A stretch of 64,000 bases of DNA, taken from assembly GCA_043772535.1 (NCBI GenBank), contig JAYVGC010000063.1, positions 4,613 to 68,612 on the forward strand, given 5' to 3'. The translations under genes were made by a program, and so were the position numbers. Below the pieces are notes generated by a model that made no database searches, was not told the DNA's origin, and saw nothing but the letters and a program-made list of their open reading frames with translations. Source of the stretch: Flavobacterium sp. Its GTDB lineage: Bacteria > Bacteroidota > Bacteroidia > Flavobacteriales > Flavobacteriaceae. Of the stretch, positions 1 through 9,798 are shown one piece after another; the stretch's first letter is position 1, and each line of letters starts with the position of its first letter.

Positions 1-14
1 AAATTGACAATAAA

Positions 15-1712
15 TTGTGGGAATGGTTAAAAAACTATGAGACAACCAATGAGTATATTTCAATTCCTATGGTAATTGAAGAAAAAACGGATTATATAAT
101 CGACACCTATAAAAACTACGAAGAACGAAATTTCAAATACCAACTTGAAATTTGCAATATAATTTTGGAAAAAGAACCATCTGAAGAAATTATTTTCAAA
201 CATAAAAATGAATATGAAAAAAAGTTAATTAATTTAAGAAAACAATATCCGATACCAAATACAAATATCGTAACGATTATATCGGATATTAATAATGCAC
301 TTTACAGACTTGAAAAATTTATGGATGGTACTGTCCAAAATTATAAAAGTTTTCTTTTCAATGATGCTTTTACAATCTTTTTTAATGAATTAAATAAATT
401 AGAAAATGTAAATGTTAAAAACCATAAATTAAGAGACGGTTATCATTATTTTTTATCACAGCTTTCTTACGCCTACGATAAGGTTGAGTTTAAAAACCAA
501 AAAGCTTATAAAAATGATGATTTTAATAGGGATTTTAATGAATTAGAATATGTGTATAATCATAGAAGTTCAGAATTTGGGATTAATTTCGACCTTGATG
601 ATTATAAATTTGAAATGCCATCGATAATGGAAATTGTAAATGATGCAATTAATCAAAACTTAGACCTTAAAGTAGAAACAACTAATAAGATTAGCAGTTC
701 AGACAAAAAACTTTTAACACCTGACAAATATAATTATAAAAGTTTATTGGAAAAGTCGGGTAATTATTTTGAGAATTTAATCAATGATCCCTTATTTAGT
801 ACTCAAAACGAATATATGAATTTAAAGAAAACTTTTATAGAAGATGTTCATTCCACAACAGCTCATTTAAAAGAACCATATGATTATTTTTTACAAGAAT
901 TCGATGGCGATTTACAAGAATGGGAAAAGACTCAAAAAGAAGAAATTAATAAATCTTTTTTAAAGTTAATAAAAGAATTAAACCAAAACAAAATTTTCTT
1001 TTTTGGATGTACATTCGATAATTACAAACATAATTATAACAAGCGGTTAAATGAATTTTTGGAATTTTATGCAGATTCTACTGAATATGACTTTATAGAA
1101 GATGAATTGAAATTTTTAGAAAATATTTTATATGATATTCAAAATTCTGAAAATGCTCATAATGGATATCCTCAATCAGGATATGATGAGTTCAGCAAAG
1201 CATATGAATTTGTTTCTATAACTGGATATAAACAATACTTTTTCTCTCATAATAAAAAAGAAACATTTCTTAATAAAAGGATGTTTGAACTCACATCAGA
1301 GGAGAAGGTAAAAGATATAGATACTTTAAATAATCATATAAATACAGACAAAGACCAAACTAACATAATTGAAATTAAAAAAAATAATTCCAATATTTTT
1401 GTTCAAATAAAAGAAAAAAAACCAGCTGAAAAATGGTATGCTCTACTTTATTTGTTAGAATTACAAGCTACTAACACCAAACCACCTACTAATTATGAAG
1501 GGGATTTTATCAGAAAAGATATGGAAGAAATTGGCAAAAAAAGAACTGGTACAACTGGACAAAGTTTTTATCGTGAGTGTCTCAAAATAAATGAAATCAT
1601 AAATAATAACAGCTTATTAGAAAAGAGTTTTAATAAAGATTGGAAACAAAAAATAATCGACATTTCTAATAATGATGAATTGATTATTTATCATTTAAAA
1701 AACAATTATTAA
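15..1712 (+). CDS. hypothetical protein, N/K/E-rich, probably 5'-partial
   Basis: Long ORF. The track start is a TTG and the frame stays open back to nt 3, so the gene may begin upstream of the window. No recognisable motif. Confidence 0.6.
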   Translation: MWEWLKNYETTNEYISIPMVIEEKTDYIIDTYKNYEERNFKYQLEICNIILEKEPSEEIIFKHKNEYEKKLINLRKQYPIPNTNIVTIISDINNALYRLEKFMDGTVQNYKSFLFNDAFTIFFNELNKLENVNVKNHKLRDGYHYFLSQLSYAYDKVEFKNQKAYKNDDFNRDFNELEYVYNHRSSEFGINFDLDDYKFEMPSIMEIVNDAINQNLDLKVETTNKISSSDKKLLTPDKYNYKSLLEKSGNYFENLINDPLFSTQNEYMNLKKTFIEDVHSTTAHLKEPYDYFLQEFDGDLQEWEKTQKEEINKSFLKLIKELNQNKIFFFGCTFDNYKHNYNKRLNEFLEFYADSTEYDFIEDELKFLENILYDIQNSENAHNGYPQSGYDEFSKAYEFVSITGYKQYFFSHNKKETFLNKRMFELTSEEKVKDIDTLNNHINTDKDQTNIIEIKKNNSNIFVQIKEKKPAEKWYALLYLLELQATNTKPPTNYEGDFIRKDMEEIGKKRTGTTGQSFYRECLKINEIINNNSLLEKSFNKDWKQKIIDISNNDELIIYHLKNNY

Positions 1713-1812
1713 GAGCTAGGTATTATCTAGGTACTTCTAGATACATACCTCAAAAATACCCACAAATATACCTGCTTTCATTTGCCCTGTATAACATTAA
1801 AAAATACAGGAC

Positions 1813-2100
1813 ATGCAAACAAATGCGATTTTACTTCAAAACCTAACAGTTGAACAACTTCAACAGATTATAGGTACATCCGTAAAAAACGGAATTCTTG
1901 AACTACAAAAAGAGTTAAACTCCAAAAATGATGATGAGGAATTGCTCACCAGAGAGGAAACTTGCAAATTCTTAAAAATCGACAGCAGCACACTTTGGGC
2001 TTGGACAAACAAAGGCAAAGTCCTTGCTCACGGCATTGGTGCGCGTCGTTACTACAAAAGAAGTGAATTATTAGAGTGTCTAACCTTATTAAAAAAGTAA
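1813..2100 (+). CDS. small helix-turn-helix DNA-binding protein (excisionase/MerR-like HTH_17 type)
   Basis: 95 aa. The C-terminal segment 'LLTREETCKFLKIDSSTLWAWTNKGKVLAHGIGARRYYKRSEL' has the typical excisionase-family HTH pattern. It precedes a primase-like gene, as in Bacteroidota mobilisable islands. Confidence 0.7.
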   Translation: MQTNAILLQNLTVEQLQQIIGTSVKNGILELQKELNSKNDDEELLTREETCKFLKIDSSTLWAWTNKGKVLAHGIGARRYYKRSELLECLTLLKK

Positions 2101-2103
2101 GCT

Positions 2104-2391
2104 ATGGAATTCTACGAAAACACAGAAAAAACACTTTCCAAAATAGAAAGCAATGTAGTTGAAATGTCAGCTAAAATGAAGTTGGGTTATAAAATGGATC
2201 CGGATAATATTTTTTTCGACAGTCAAGAATTTATGCAACTAATGAATATTAGTAAAAGAACAGCCCAACAATGGAGAGATAATAAAACTATCGGTTTTTC
2301 TCAAGTGGGGAATAAGATTTATTATAAGCTTATAGACATACTAAGACTTCTAGAAGAAAACTACAACCCTAAAAAAGAAATACTAAAATAA
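2104..2391 (+). CDS. small helix-turn-helix DNA-binding protein (HTH_17-like), paralogous in architecture to the preceding gene
   Basis: 95 aa with 'FFDSQEFMQLMNISKRTAQQWRDNKTIGFSQVGNKIYYKLIDI'. It starts 3 nt after the previous gene. Confidence 0.65.
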   Translation: MEFYENTEKTLSKIESNVVEMSAKMKLGYKMDPDNIFFDSQEFMQLMNISKRTAQQWRDNKTIGFSQVGNKIYYKLIDILRLLEENYNPKKEILK

Positions 2392-2404
2392 TCCAATTAA
2401 GCTG

Positions 2405-4642
2405 ATGGTATCAACATATAAAAATTTCAAAACAAAATTGGAGGACAATAGTATTTTAAACATTCTCCAAGATATAAAAAACGGTAAGTATGAAAGTGAA
2501 ATCAAATCTATTCGCTATGCTATGCAATCGGGTAAAGAAAAACAAGCGGATGAATTAAAAAGTGAATTACTGGCATTTACAACTTCTGGAACATTTGACA
2601 AACAAAGAAAATCAGAATTTTTAAAAACCTATTCTCAAATCATAAATCTTGATTTCGACCACATTCCACTCGAAGAATTAGAAAGTCTTGTGGCAAAAAT
2701 AAACGATTGCAAGTTTACACTTGCTTCGTTTATTAGCCCAAGAGGCGAAGGGATTAAAGTATTCATTAAAATCAATTCTAATGCAGAAAAACACGCAATT
2801 GCATACAATCAGGTGGCTAATTTTTATAAAACTATTACAGGTTTCGAATTTGACCCAAAATGCAAGGACATTACCCGCTTGTGTTTTGTTTCTTATGATC
2901 CAAATACTTTTTTAAATGAAAATGCTACAATATTTGAGGTAGTAGAAAAATTAATAGAACCAAAAGCAAAAGTTGAAAATCAAATAGCACAAAATCTTTC
3001 AACAGATGAATTATTGGAGAAATGTTTAAAATTCACAGAGCAAAAAGAACAATATCATAACGGAAATCGTAACAATTTTATTCATTTGTTTGCTAGTAAT
3101 TCCAATCGGTTCGGTATCTACGAAGCAGATACATTGGATTATTGTGTTACTAATTTTGATTTAGACGAGAAAGAAATAAAAAACGCAGTCAACAGCGCAT
3201 ACAAAAATCAAAGTGCAGACTTTGCAAAGTTTGCAAAGTCTGCAAACTTGAAAACTAACGAAACAGTAACAAAAAAGGATTCTGTTTTAAAACCAGTTAT
3301 AGAAGAAGAAGATTATTTAAAAACCACTCCAATAATTCCGCAATCGGTTTACGATAACTTGCCTCCTATCCTATTCGAAAGCTGTACAGTATTTAAAGGA
3401 GCAAGAGAAAAAGATGTATTTCTAACAGGAGCATTAGCCATTCTTTCGGGTTGTTTACCAAATGTTTGTGGTTTGTATAGTGGTAGTGTGGTTTATCCAA
3501 GTTTATTTTCGTTCATATTAGCACCAGCTGCATCAGGAAAAGGAGCATTAAAATTTGCAAAGGCATTAGCCGATAAATATCACAGTACAATTTTAGAAGA
3601 ATCAAAAGAAGCTAGAAAGATTTACGAAGAAAAATTGGCAGCCTACAAAATGCTAAAAAGCAAAAATAAACTAGATGCCAACCAAGAAATGCCACAAGAG
3701 CCAAAATTCAAGGTGGTTTATATTCCGGCAAACACAAGTAATGCAAAAATAATTCAGCATTTAGATTGGAACGAGGGTAAAGGAATAATTTGCGAAACGG
3801 AAGCCGACACTTTAGGACAAACTTTTAAAAATGATTGGGGTTCTTATTCCGATATGCTTCGCAAATCGTTTCATCACGAAAAAATATCAGTAAGCCGTAA
3901 AACAGATGCGGAATTTGTTGAGGTAAATGAACCGCAACTTTCAGTTGCATTATCCGGAACACCAAAACAAGTCTTTAATATTATTGCATCGGCAGAAGAT
4001 GGATTGTTTAGTCGATTTATTTTCTATGTTTTTAAAACAGATGCAGTTTGGTTAGACCCGTCCCCAAAAGGAAATCCTGTAAACTTAACGGACTATTTCA
4101 ATAAGCAATCAAAACAAGTTTTTAAAATGGTTGAATTTTTTGAAAGAGACAGTATGACACTTCAATTAACAGAGGAACAATGGGATAAATTCAACCCTAT
4201 TTTTAGCTCGTATTTAGTACAAATAAGCACTTTTGTTAGTGATGACGCACAAAGTGTAGTAAAGCGATTAGGTATCATTTTATTTCGTTTGTGTATGATA
4301 TTTACAGCCATTAGAAAGTTTGACACAAACGATCATCATAAAGAGATTTATTGTTCAGATACTGATTTTGAAACTGCATTAACATTAATAAAAACCTATT
4401 TGCAGCATAGTATCATAATGTTTGAGAACTTGCCAAAACAAGGAGAGCAAGGACCTTTCAAATCAGGCGAAAACAAAAAGTTGTTTTATGATGCATTACC
4501 AAATGAGTTTCAACGTAAGGAAGCAGTAGAATTAGGAGTAAATTTTAATATAAAAGAAAGAACAGTCGATAATTTTCTAAAAGCTTGTTTGGGTAAATAT
4601 CTTATAAAATCGGATACAGGACTTTACAAAAAAATCCAATAA
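2405..4642 (+). CDS. primase-polymerase-like N-terminal domain (VirE/BT4734-like) fused to a DUF3987-type P-loop domain; island replication/mobilisation protein
   Basis: The N-terminus has 'IINLDFDHIP' and 'ITRLCFVSYDPN', typical of BT4734-like primase N-domains. The central part has a Walker A 'APAASGKGALKFA'. 745 aa. Confidence 0.75.
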   Translation: MVSTYKNFKTKLEDNSILNILQDIKNGKYESEIKSIRYAMQSGKEKQADELKSELLAFTTSGTFDKQRKSEFLKTYSQIINLDFDHIPLEELESLVAKINDCKFTLASFISPRGEGIKVFIKINSNAEKHAIAYNQVANFYKTITGFEFDPKCKDITRLCFVSYDPNTFLNENATIFEVVEKLIEPKAKVENQIAQNLSTDELLEKCLKFTEQKEQYHNGNRNNFIHLFASNSNRFGIYEADTLDYCVTNFDLDEKEIKNAVNSAYKNQSADFAKFAKSANLKTNETVTKKDSVLKPVIEEEDYLKTTPIIPQSVYDNLPPILFESCTVFKGAREKDVFLTGALAILSGCLPNVCGLYSGSVVYPSLFSFILAPAASGKGALKFAKALADKYHSTILEESKEARKIYEEKLAAYKMLKSKNKLDANQEMPQEPKFKVVYIPANTSNAKIIQHLDWNEGKGIICETEADTLGQTFKNDWGSYSDMLRKSFHHEKISVSRKTDAEFVEVNEPQLSVALSGTPKQVFNIIASAEDGLFSRFIFYVFKTDAVWLDPSPKGNPVNLTDYFNKQSKQVFKMVEFFERDSMTLQLTEEQWDKFNPIFSSYLVQISTFVSDDAQSVVKRLGIILFRLCMIFTAIRKFDTNDHHKEIYCSDTDFETALTLIKTYLQHSIIMFENLPKQGEQGPFKSGENKKLFYDALPNEFQRKEAVELGVNFNIKERTVDNFLKACLGKYLIKSDTGLYKKIQ

Positions 4643-4714
4643 TAAGTTTTTATGGTATTAAACTTTATAACTACTTTAGCCATTTATGTGTATTTAGGAT
4701 AATTAAACTTATAA

Positions 4715-5464
4715 ATGAAAGAGACAATTAATATATATTGTGATGAAAGTTGTCATTTACAGAATGATAAGCAATCAAATATGGCTTTAGGTGCAGTATA
4801 TTGCCCTGCCGCCAAGAAAGATGAAATCTTCTTACGCATATCAGAGATTAAGAGAAAACACAAACTTTTACCCAAATATATAAAAAACGAAAAACAAAAT
4901 AGACCTATTTATGAAATTAAATGGAACAAGGTTTCAAAAAACCAATTGCCATTTTACAAAGAAATAATTGATTTTTTCTTTGATGACGATGATTTAAGTT
5001 TTAGAGTATTAGTTGTCCCAGATAAAGAAAAATTAGACTATAAAGCATTAGGGCATACGCATGATACTTTTTACTATAAAATGTACTTTAATATGCTAAA
5101 AGTTATTTTAAATCCTGAATATGCACACAATATTTACATTGATATAAAAGATACTAAAAGTCGTGAAAAAGTACACAAACTAGAAAAAGTACTTAGAAAT
5201 GATAAGTATGATTATTCTAAAGAAATCATTAAAAAAGTACAACAAGTTCGTTCACATGAAATTGAATTAGTGCAACTCGCAGATTTATTTACGGGTGCAG
5301 TTTCTTATATAAATCGTGGTTTAAATACAAGCGATGCTAAAATGGAGTTAATAGAACACATTAAACATCGTTCAAGATATTCCTTACTTAAATCTACATT
5401 GATAAAAGAAAAGAAATTCAATATTTACCTTTGGACACCATCTAATCAAAGCGTAAATTTATGA
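4715..5464 (+). CDS. DUF3800-like protein
   Basis: The N-terminal 'INIYCDESCHL' motif (the I-Y-x-D-E-S signature of DUF3800) and the later 'VQLADLFTGAV' fit the family. 249 aa. Confidence 0.65.
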   Translation: MKETINIYCDESCHLQNDKQSNMALGAVYCPAAKKDEIFLRISEIKRKHKLLPKYIKNEKQNRPIYEIKWNKVSKNQLPFYKEIIDFFFDDDDLSFRVLVVPDKEKLDYKALGHTHDTFYYKMYFNMLKVILNPEYAHNIYIDIKDTKSREKVHKLEKVLRNDKYDYSKEIIKKVQQVRSHEIELVQLADLFTGAVSYINRGLNTSDAKMELIEHIKHRSRYSLLKSTLIKEKKFNIYLWTPSNQSVNL

Positions 5465-5958
5465 GTAATTTAGTGCCCTTAACTTTTCCAAGTCTTGAAT
5501 TATTTCAACATTACGGTGGTGATTTCAAAACTTATTTTTCAGCAATTTATAATATTTTTGAAAATCATTTTATTAAAAATAAAACATTATTTCAAGGAGT
5601 TCATGTTACAGCAAAAGCACTTCCTTTAGTTGATGGAATACATAATACTTTTTATCATATAACACATGAAGGAGAAGATGAAGATAATCGTACGCCAGAC
5701 TTTAGACGAATGGAAAGAATCCGTTATCCTGAATTTATGATTGTTAATAGCCCTAATGATGATCTTCTAATATGGAAGAATAAAAGAGGTAGAGATACTA
5801 AAATTGTAATTTTGAATGAATCAGAAGAGTATGTTGTTGTTTTAACTGAAAGACCAGGATATAATCTTTTTTGTACTGCTTATTATATTGATAAAGAGCA
5901 TAGAAAAAGAAAACTGATGAAAGAATACCAAGAGTATATAAATGCCAAAACCGCTTAG
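5461..5958 (+). CDS. hypothetical protein, translationally coupled partner of the DUF3800-like gene
   Basis: ATGA start/stop overlap with the upstream gene. 165 aa with a charged core 'YHITHEGEDEDNRTPDFRRMERIRYPEF'. No family recognised. Confidence 0.6.
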   Translation: MSNLVPLTFPSLELFQHYGGDFKTYFSAIYNIFENHFIKNKTLFQGVHVTAKALPLVDGIHNTFYHITHEGEDEDNRTPDFRRMERIRYPEFMIVNSPNDDLLIWKNKRGRDTKIVILNESEEYVVVLTERPGYNLFCTAYYIDKEHRKRKLMKEYQEYINAKTA

Positions 5959-6219
5959 GGTTACTAAACGGTTTCTATACTCCTTTAACGCTTACAACAC
6001 TAAATGTTTGGTCCCTGAGCTGGTGCAAATGTATAAAAGTATTATTTATTTTAAATGCTTTTTAACATATATTTTAAAATTGACGTAAAGGTCAATGATA
6101 ATAAGCTTTCACGTTTCATAAAGATACAAAATAATAACTAATTAATAAAAATAATATAAACCAGACTAGTAAATTAATCATAAAAAAATAAAGTCTAGTA
6201 TATTAAAAACAAAATAAAA

Positions 6220-7788
6220 ATGTCAGAAGACCAAAAAAAACAACTCGAACAACAACTTTGGAATATTGCCAATACCCTTCGTGGTAAAATGAATGCAGAT
6301 GAGTTTAGAGATTACATACTAGGATTTATTTTCTATAAATACCTTGCCGAAAAAATGGAAATTTATGCCAATGGTATTCTGAAAACAGACGGTGTAAAGT
6401 ACAAATCCATAAACGAAACTACTAAAAACGGTACTGAATACATTGATGCTATTCGTGAAGAAGCTTTAGAAACTTTAGGATATTTCTTGAAACCTAATGA
6501 ACTTTTTAGCGAAGTAGCAAAACGTGGTAATAGTGATATTGAAGGACAAAGTAATTTTATTATCGAAGACCTTCAAAAAATCCTAATCAATATACAATTA
6601 AGTACAATGGGTACAGAAAGCGAAGATGATTTTGACAATCTCTTTGAGGATATGGATTTGAACAGTACGAAACTTGGAAAAACTCCTGATGCTAGGAATG
6701 AAATTATAGCCAAAGTACTTTCGCATTTAGACAAGATTGATTTCAAATTAGAAGATACTGAATTAGATGTTTTAGGCGATGCCTACGAATATTTAATAGG
6801 TCAGTTTGCCAGTGGTGCAGGAAAAAAAGCAGGAGAGTTTTACACCCCACAAGAAGTAAGCACTATTTTGGCAAAGATTGTAACTACAGGAAAAACCAAA
6901 CTAAAATCGGCTTACGACCCAACATCAGGAAGCGGATCGTTACTTTTAAGAATTGCAAGACAAGTCAAGGAAGTAAGTATGTTTTACGGTCAGGAAATGA
7001 ACCGTACCACCTACAATCTTTGCCGAATGAATATGATTTTACACGGTGTGCATTACCGCAAATTCGATATAAAGCAAGAAGATACTTTAGAACACCCTCA
7101 ACATTTAGGTTTACAATTTGAGGCAATTGTTGCCAATCCTCCATTTTCTGCTCAATGGAGTGCCAATCCATTATTTACTAGCGATGACCGATTTTCTCAA
7201 TACGGTAAATTAGCACCAGGCAGTAAAGCCGATTTTGCTTTTGTACAACATATGATACATCATTTGGCAGATAATGGTACAATGGCTTTGGTTTTACCAC
7301 ACGGAGCATTGTTTCGAGGTGGTGCCGAGCAACATATTAGAAAGTATTTAATTGAAGACCGCAATTATCTAGATGCAGTAATAGGTTTGCCAGCCAATAT
7401 TTTTTATGGCACTCCAATTCCAACGTGTATTATGGTTTTTAAAAAATGTAGAGAAAATCCTAATGAAGTATTGTTTATTAATGCAAGTGAATATTTTGAA
7501 AGAGGTACACAAAACACTTTGCGCCCAGAAGATGTTGATAGGATTATTACAACGTATAGAAAAAGAGAAGAAATTGACAGATACAGTCATTTAGCAACCT
7601 TACAAGAAATTGAGAATAACGAATACAATCTTAATATTCCTCGTTATGTAAATACCTTTGAAGAACAAGATAGTGTTGATATTCCATTAGTTTCAATAAA
7701 GTTAAAAGGGTTAGAAAAAGAACTGAGTGCTACTGATGATGCATTACTATCTTTCTGTAATGAATTAAATATTGAAACTCCTTTTTAA
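6220..7788 (+). CDS. hsdM: Type I restriction-modification system, N6-adenine DNA methyltransferase subunit M
   Basis: Has 'LWNIANTLRG' (HsdM N-terminal domain), 'YEYLIGQFASGAGKKAGEFYTP', 'DPTSGSGSLL' (SAM motif I) and 'VANPPFS' (motif IV). Confidence 0.93.
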   Translation: MSEDQKKQLEQQLWNIANTLRGKMNADEFRDYILGFIFYKYLAEKMEIYANGILKTDGVKYKSINETTKNGTEYIDAIREEALETLGYFLKPNELFSEVAKRGNSDIEGQSNFIIEDLQKILINIQLSTMGTESEDDFDNLFEDMDLNSTKLGKTPDARNEIIAKVLSHLDKIDFKLEDTELDVLGDAYEYLIGQFASGAGKKAGEFYTPQEVSTILAKIVTTGKTKLKSAYDPTSGSGSLLLRIARQVKEVSMFYGQEMNRTTYNLCRMNMILHGVHYRKFDIKQEDTLEHPQHLGLQFEAIVANPPFSAQWSANPLFTSDDRFSQYGKLAPGSKADFAFVQHMIHHLADNGTMALVLPHGALFRGGAEQHIRKYLIEDRNYLDAVIGLPANIFYGTPIPTCIMVFKKCRENPNEVLFINASEYFERGTQNTLRPEDVDRIITTYRKREEIDRYSHLATLQEIENNEYNLNIPRYVNTFEEQDSVDIPLVSIKLKGLEKELSATDDALLSFCNELNIETPF

Positions 7789-7790
7789 TT

Positions 7791-9020
7791 ATGGAAAATC
7801 GAACTGCAATACCAGTAATCCGTTTTCCAGAGTTTACAGACCATTGGAACAACACAAAACTTAGTGAACTTTTAAAAGAAGCTAAAAAAAGAAATACCGA
7901 TTTAAAATATACTAAAGACGAAGTACTTTCTGTTTCTGGCGAAATGGGTATTGTAAACCAAATTGAACACTTAGGCAGAAGCTATGCAGGCGTTTCAGTG
8001 CATCAATATCACGTCGTGGAATTGGGAGATATTGTTTATACCAAAAGTCCATTAAAAGCAAATCCTTATGGTATTATAAAACAAAACAAAAGCAAAGCCG
8101 GAATTGTATCTACACTTTATGCAGTGTATAACGTAAAACAAGAAAATGCACACGGCGAATTTATAGAACACTATTTCTCTTTAGATGAAAATACCAATCG
8201 GTATCTTAGACCATTAGTAAAAAAAGGTGCTAAAAACGATATGAAAATTAGTAATGCCTATGTATTACACGATAAAATCTTTGTTCCATCAACTACCGAA
8301 CAAAAAAAGATAACTTTGTTCTTAAACACTTTAAATAAAAAAATAGAACAACTCAAACAAAAGAAAACTCTTTTGGAACAATACAAAAAAGGAGTAATGC
8401 AAAGACTATTCTCTCAAGAGTTAAGATTTAAAGATGAGAATAGAAATGAGTTTCCTGAATGGAAGAGAAAAAAACTTGGAAATTTAGGTGATTGTTTTAT
8501 TGGATTAACTTACTCTCCAAACGATGTTGTAGAAAGTGAAGGGACTTTAGTTTTACGTTCATCAAATGTACAAAATGGTAGATTAGCGTTTCAAGATAAC
8601 GTATTTGTAAATACAGTAATATCTGAAAAAAACTACGTTAAGGAAAATGATATTTTGATTTGTGCAAGAAATGGAAGCAAAAGCCTTATTGGTAAATGTG
8701 CTTTAATAAGTAAAGAAAATGAAGGTTATGCGTTCGGTGCTTTTATGTCAGTTTATAGAAGTAAGTATAATCGTTTTATTTATCATCTTTTTCAAACAGA
8801 TTTATTCTTTAGCCAAATTAATGAACATCTTGGAGCAACAATTAATCAGGTTACAACAAAAAGTTTAAATTCTTTTTCATTTAATTTTCCTTGTGAAGAA
8901 GAACAAGAAAAAATAGCTGTTTTTTTAGCGACTATAGATGATAAAATAAGCCGGACAAAAGCCCAAATAGAAAACACCCTACAATACAAAAAAGGGTTGT
9001 TGCAAAAAATGTTTGTGTAA
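7791..9020 (+). CDS. hsdS: Type I R-M specificity subunit S (two target-recognition domains)
   Basis: Starts 2 nt after hsdM. There are two TRD halves, each followed by a conserved helical region ('EQKKITLFLNTLNKKIEQLKQKKTLLEQYKKGVMQRLFSQ' and 'EQEKIAVFLATIDDKISRTKAQIENTLQYKKGLLQKMF'). Confidence 0.9.
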   Translation: MENRTAIPVIRFPEFTDHWNNTKLSELLKEAKKRNTDLKYTKDEVLSVSGEMGIVNQIEHLGRSYAGVSVHQYHVVELGDIVYTKSPLKANPYGIIKQNKSKAGIVSTLYAVYNVKQENAHGEFIEHYFSLDENTNRYLRPLVKKGAKNDMKISNAYVLHDKIFVPSTTEQKKITLFLNTLNKKIEQLKQKKTLLEQYKKGVMQRLFSQELRFKDENRNEFPEWKRKKLGNLGDCFIGLTYSPNDVVESEGTLVLRSSNVQNGRLAFQDNVFVNTVISEKNYVKENDILICARNGSKSLIGKCALISKENEGYAFGAFMSVYRSKYNRFIYHLFQTDLFFSQINEHLGATINQVTTKSLNSFSFNFPCEEEQEKIAVFLATIDDKISRTKAQIENTLQYKKGLLQKMFV

Positions 9021-9079
9021 AAATATACGTTTTAACGTATTTTTATTCTATTATTTTTTTTTATAAAGTTTATTAGTTA

Positions 9080-9087
9080 TATTTTTG
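9080..9087 (+). promoter_or_regulatory. candidate Bacteroidota -7 promoter box (TAnnTTTG) upstream of the inserted cassette
   Basis: 'TATTTTTG' matches TAnnTTTG about 55 nt upstream of the 9141 ATG, in the only sizeable gap (120 nt) of the hsd operon. No clear -33 TTTG was seen. Confidence 0.25.
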
Positions 9088-9140
9088 CACTCTATAAAGA
9101 GAGTTCCATTGCTTGAATATGGATATTAAATTAAATAGTT

Positions 9141-9380
9141 ATGAACAATTTTTTCGAAGAATTAAAGAAGTATTTTGAGGTTACACCTCAAGAGAAAGTC
9201 TTGAAAGATTGGGCAAAAAGCGCAGAATTTGACAAGATTGGGCCAACTGTAGAAGAGTTTCTGAAAAATACCCAAATGTATTATCAGATTCATTCAGAAG
9301 ACCCACAAAAGGGATGTCTAATAGAAAACAACCAATATAGCCCGAAGTATTCTTCGGGTTTTTTTTATCTAAATAAATAG
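9141..9380 (+). CDS. small hypothetical protein (79 aa), first gene of the cassette inserted in the hsd operon
   Basis: ATG-initiated ORF ending 4 nt before the next gene. It has an acidic helical N-terminus and an aromatic C-terminal tail, 'YSPKYSSGFFYLNK'. Confidence 0.55.
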   Translation: MNNFFEELKKYFEVTPQEKVLKDWAKSAEFDKIGPTVEEFLKNTQMYYQIHSEDPQKGCLIENNQYSPKYSSGFFYLNK

Positions 9381-9384
9381 TATT

Positions 9385-9792
9385 ATGCAAAAAGCAGCAT
9401 TTTCAATTATCAATTATCAATTTGACAAAGTATCGATTGATTTAAGCAATCACAACAACAAAGACCTATCGCTCTCGTTTGATACAAGCGGCATATATTT
9501 TAATGAAAATCAAAATTTTGAATTAAGATTTGTAGTTAAGGTTGCTCAAAATGCAGATGAAAAATCATTTGCCGAAATAAGTTGTAAAGGAACTTTCAAA
9601 TTTGAGAACATTGAAAGCTTTGAAAATATTCCTGAATTTTTCTACAGAAACAGTATTGCAATTTTGTTTCCTTATGTTAGAGCCTATTTAAGTTTAGTTA
9701 CTACACAAGCAAATGTACCTGGAATCATTTTGCCAACTCTAAATTTATCTAATTTAGAAGCCGAACTAAAGAAAAACACCACTCAAATATAA
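9385..9792 (+). CDS. SecB-like chaperone
   Basis: 135 aa. It aligns by eye along its whole length with E. coli SecB: 'FSIINYQFDKVSIDLSN' vs 'FQIQRIYTKDISFEAPN', and 'NSIAILFPYVRAYLSLVTTQANVPGIILPTLNLSNL' vs '[35 protein letters not shown]'. Confidence 0.75.
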   Translation: MQKAAFSIINYQFDKVSIDLSNHNNKDLSLSFDTSGIYFNENQNFELRFVVKVAQNADEKSFAEISCKGTFKFENIESFENIPEFFYRNSIAILFPYVRAYLSLVTTQANVPGIILPTLNLSNLEAELKKNTTQI

Positions 9793-9798
9793 TTTATT

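Noticed and set aside
2721-2915. Alternate-frame or antisense ORFs of 60-125 aa lying inside larger genes. Examples: 2721-2915, 6965-7171, 7369-7594, 11549-11776, 12925-13143, 13826-14023, 19395-19667, 22636-23412, 29063-30276, 37069-38407, 40930-41713, 43891-44651, 47222-49033, 50013-51740, 53028-53408, 54679-55305, 58144-58741 and 60165-61143.
   Set aside because: Each lies wholly within, or mostly overlaps, a longer ORF that carries clear family motifs. Their translations are low-complexity or hydrophobic and typical of off-frame reading of AT-rich genes.
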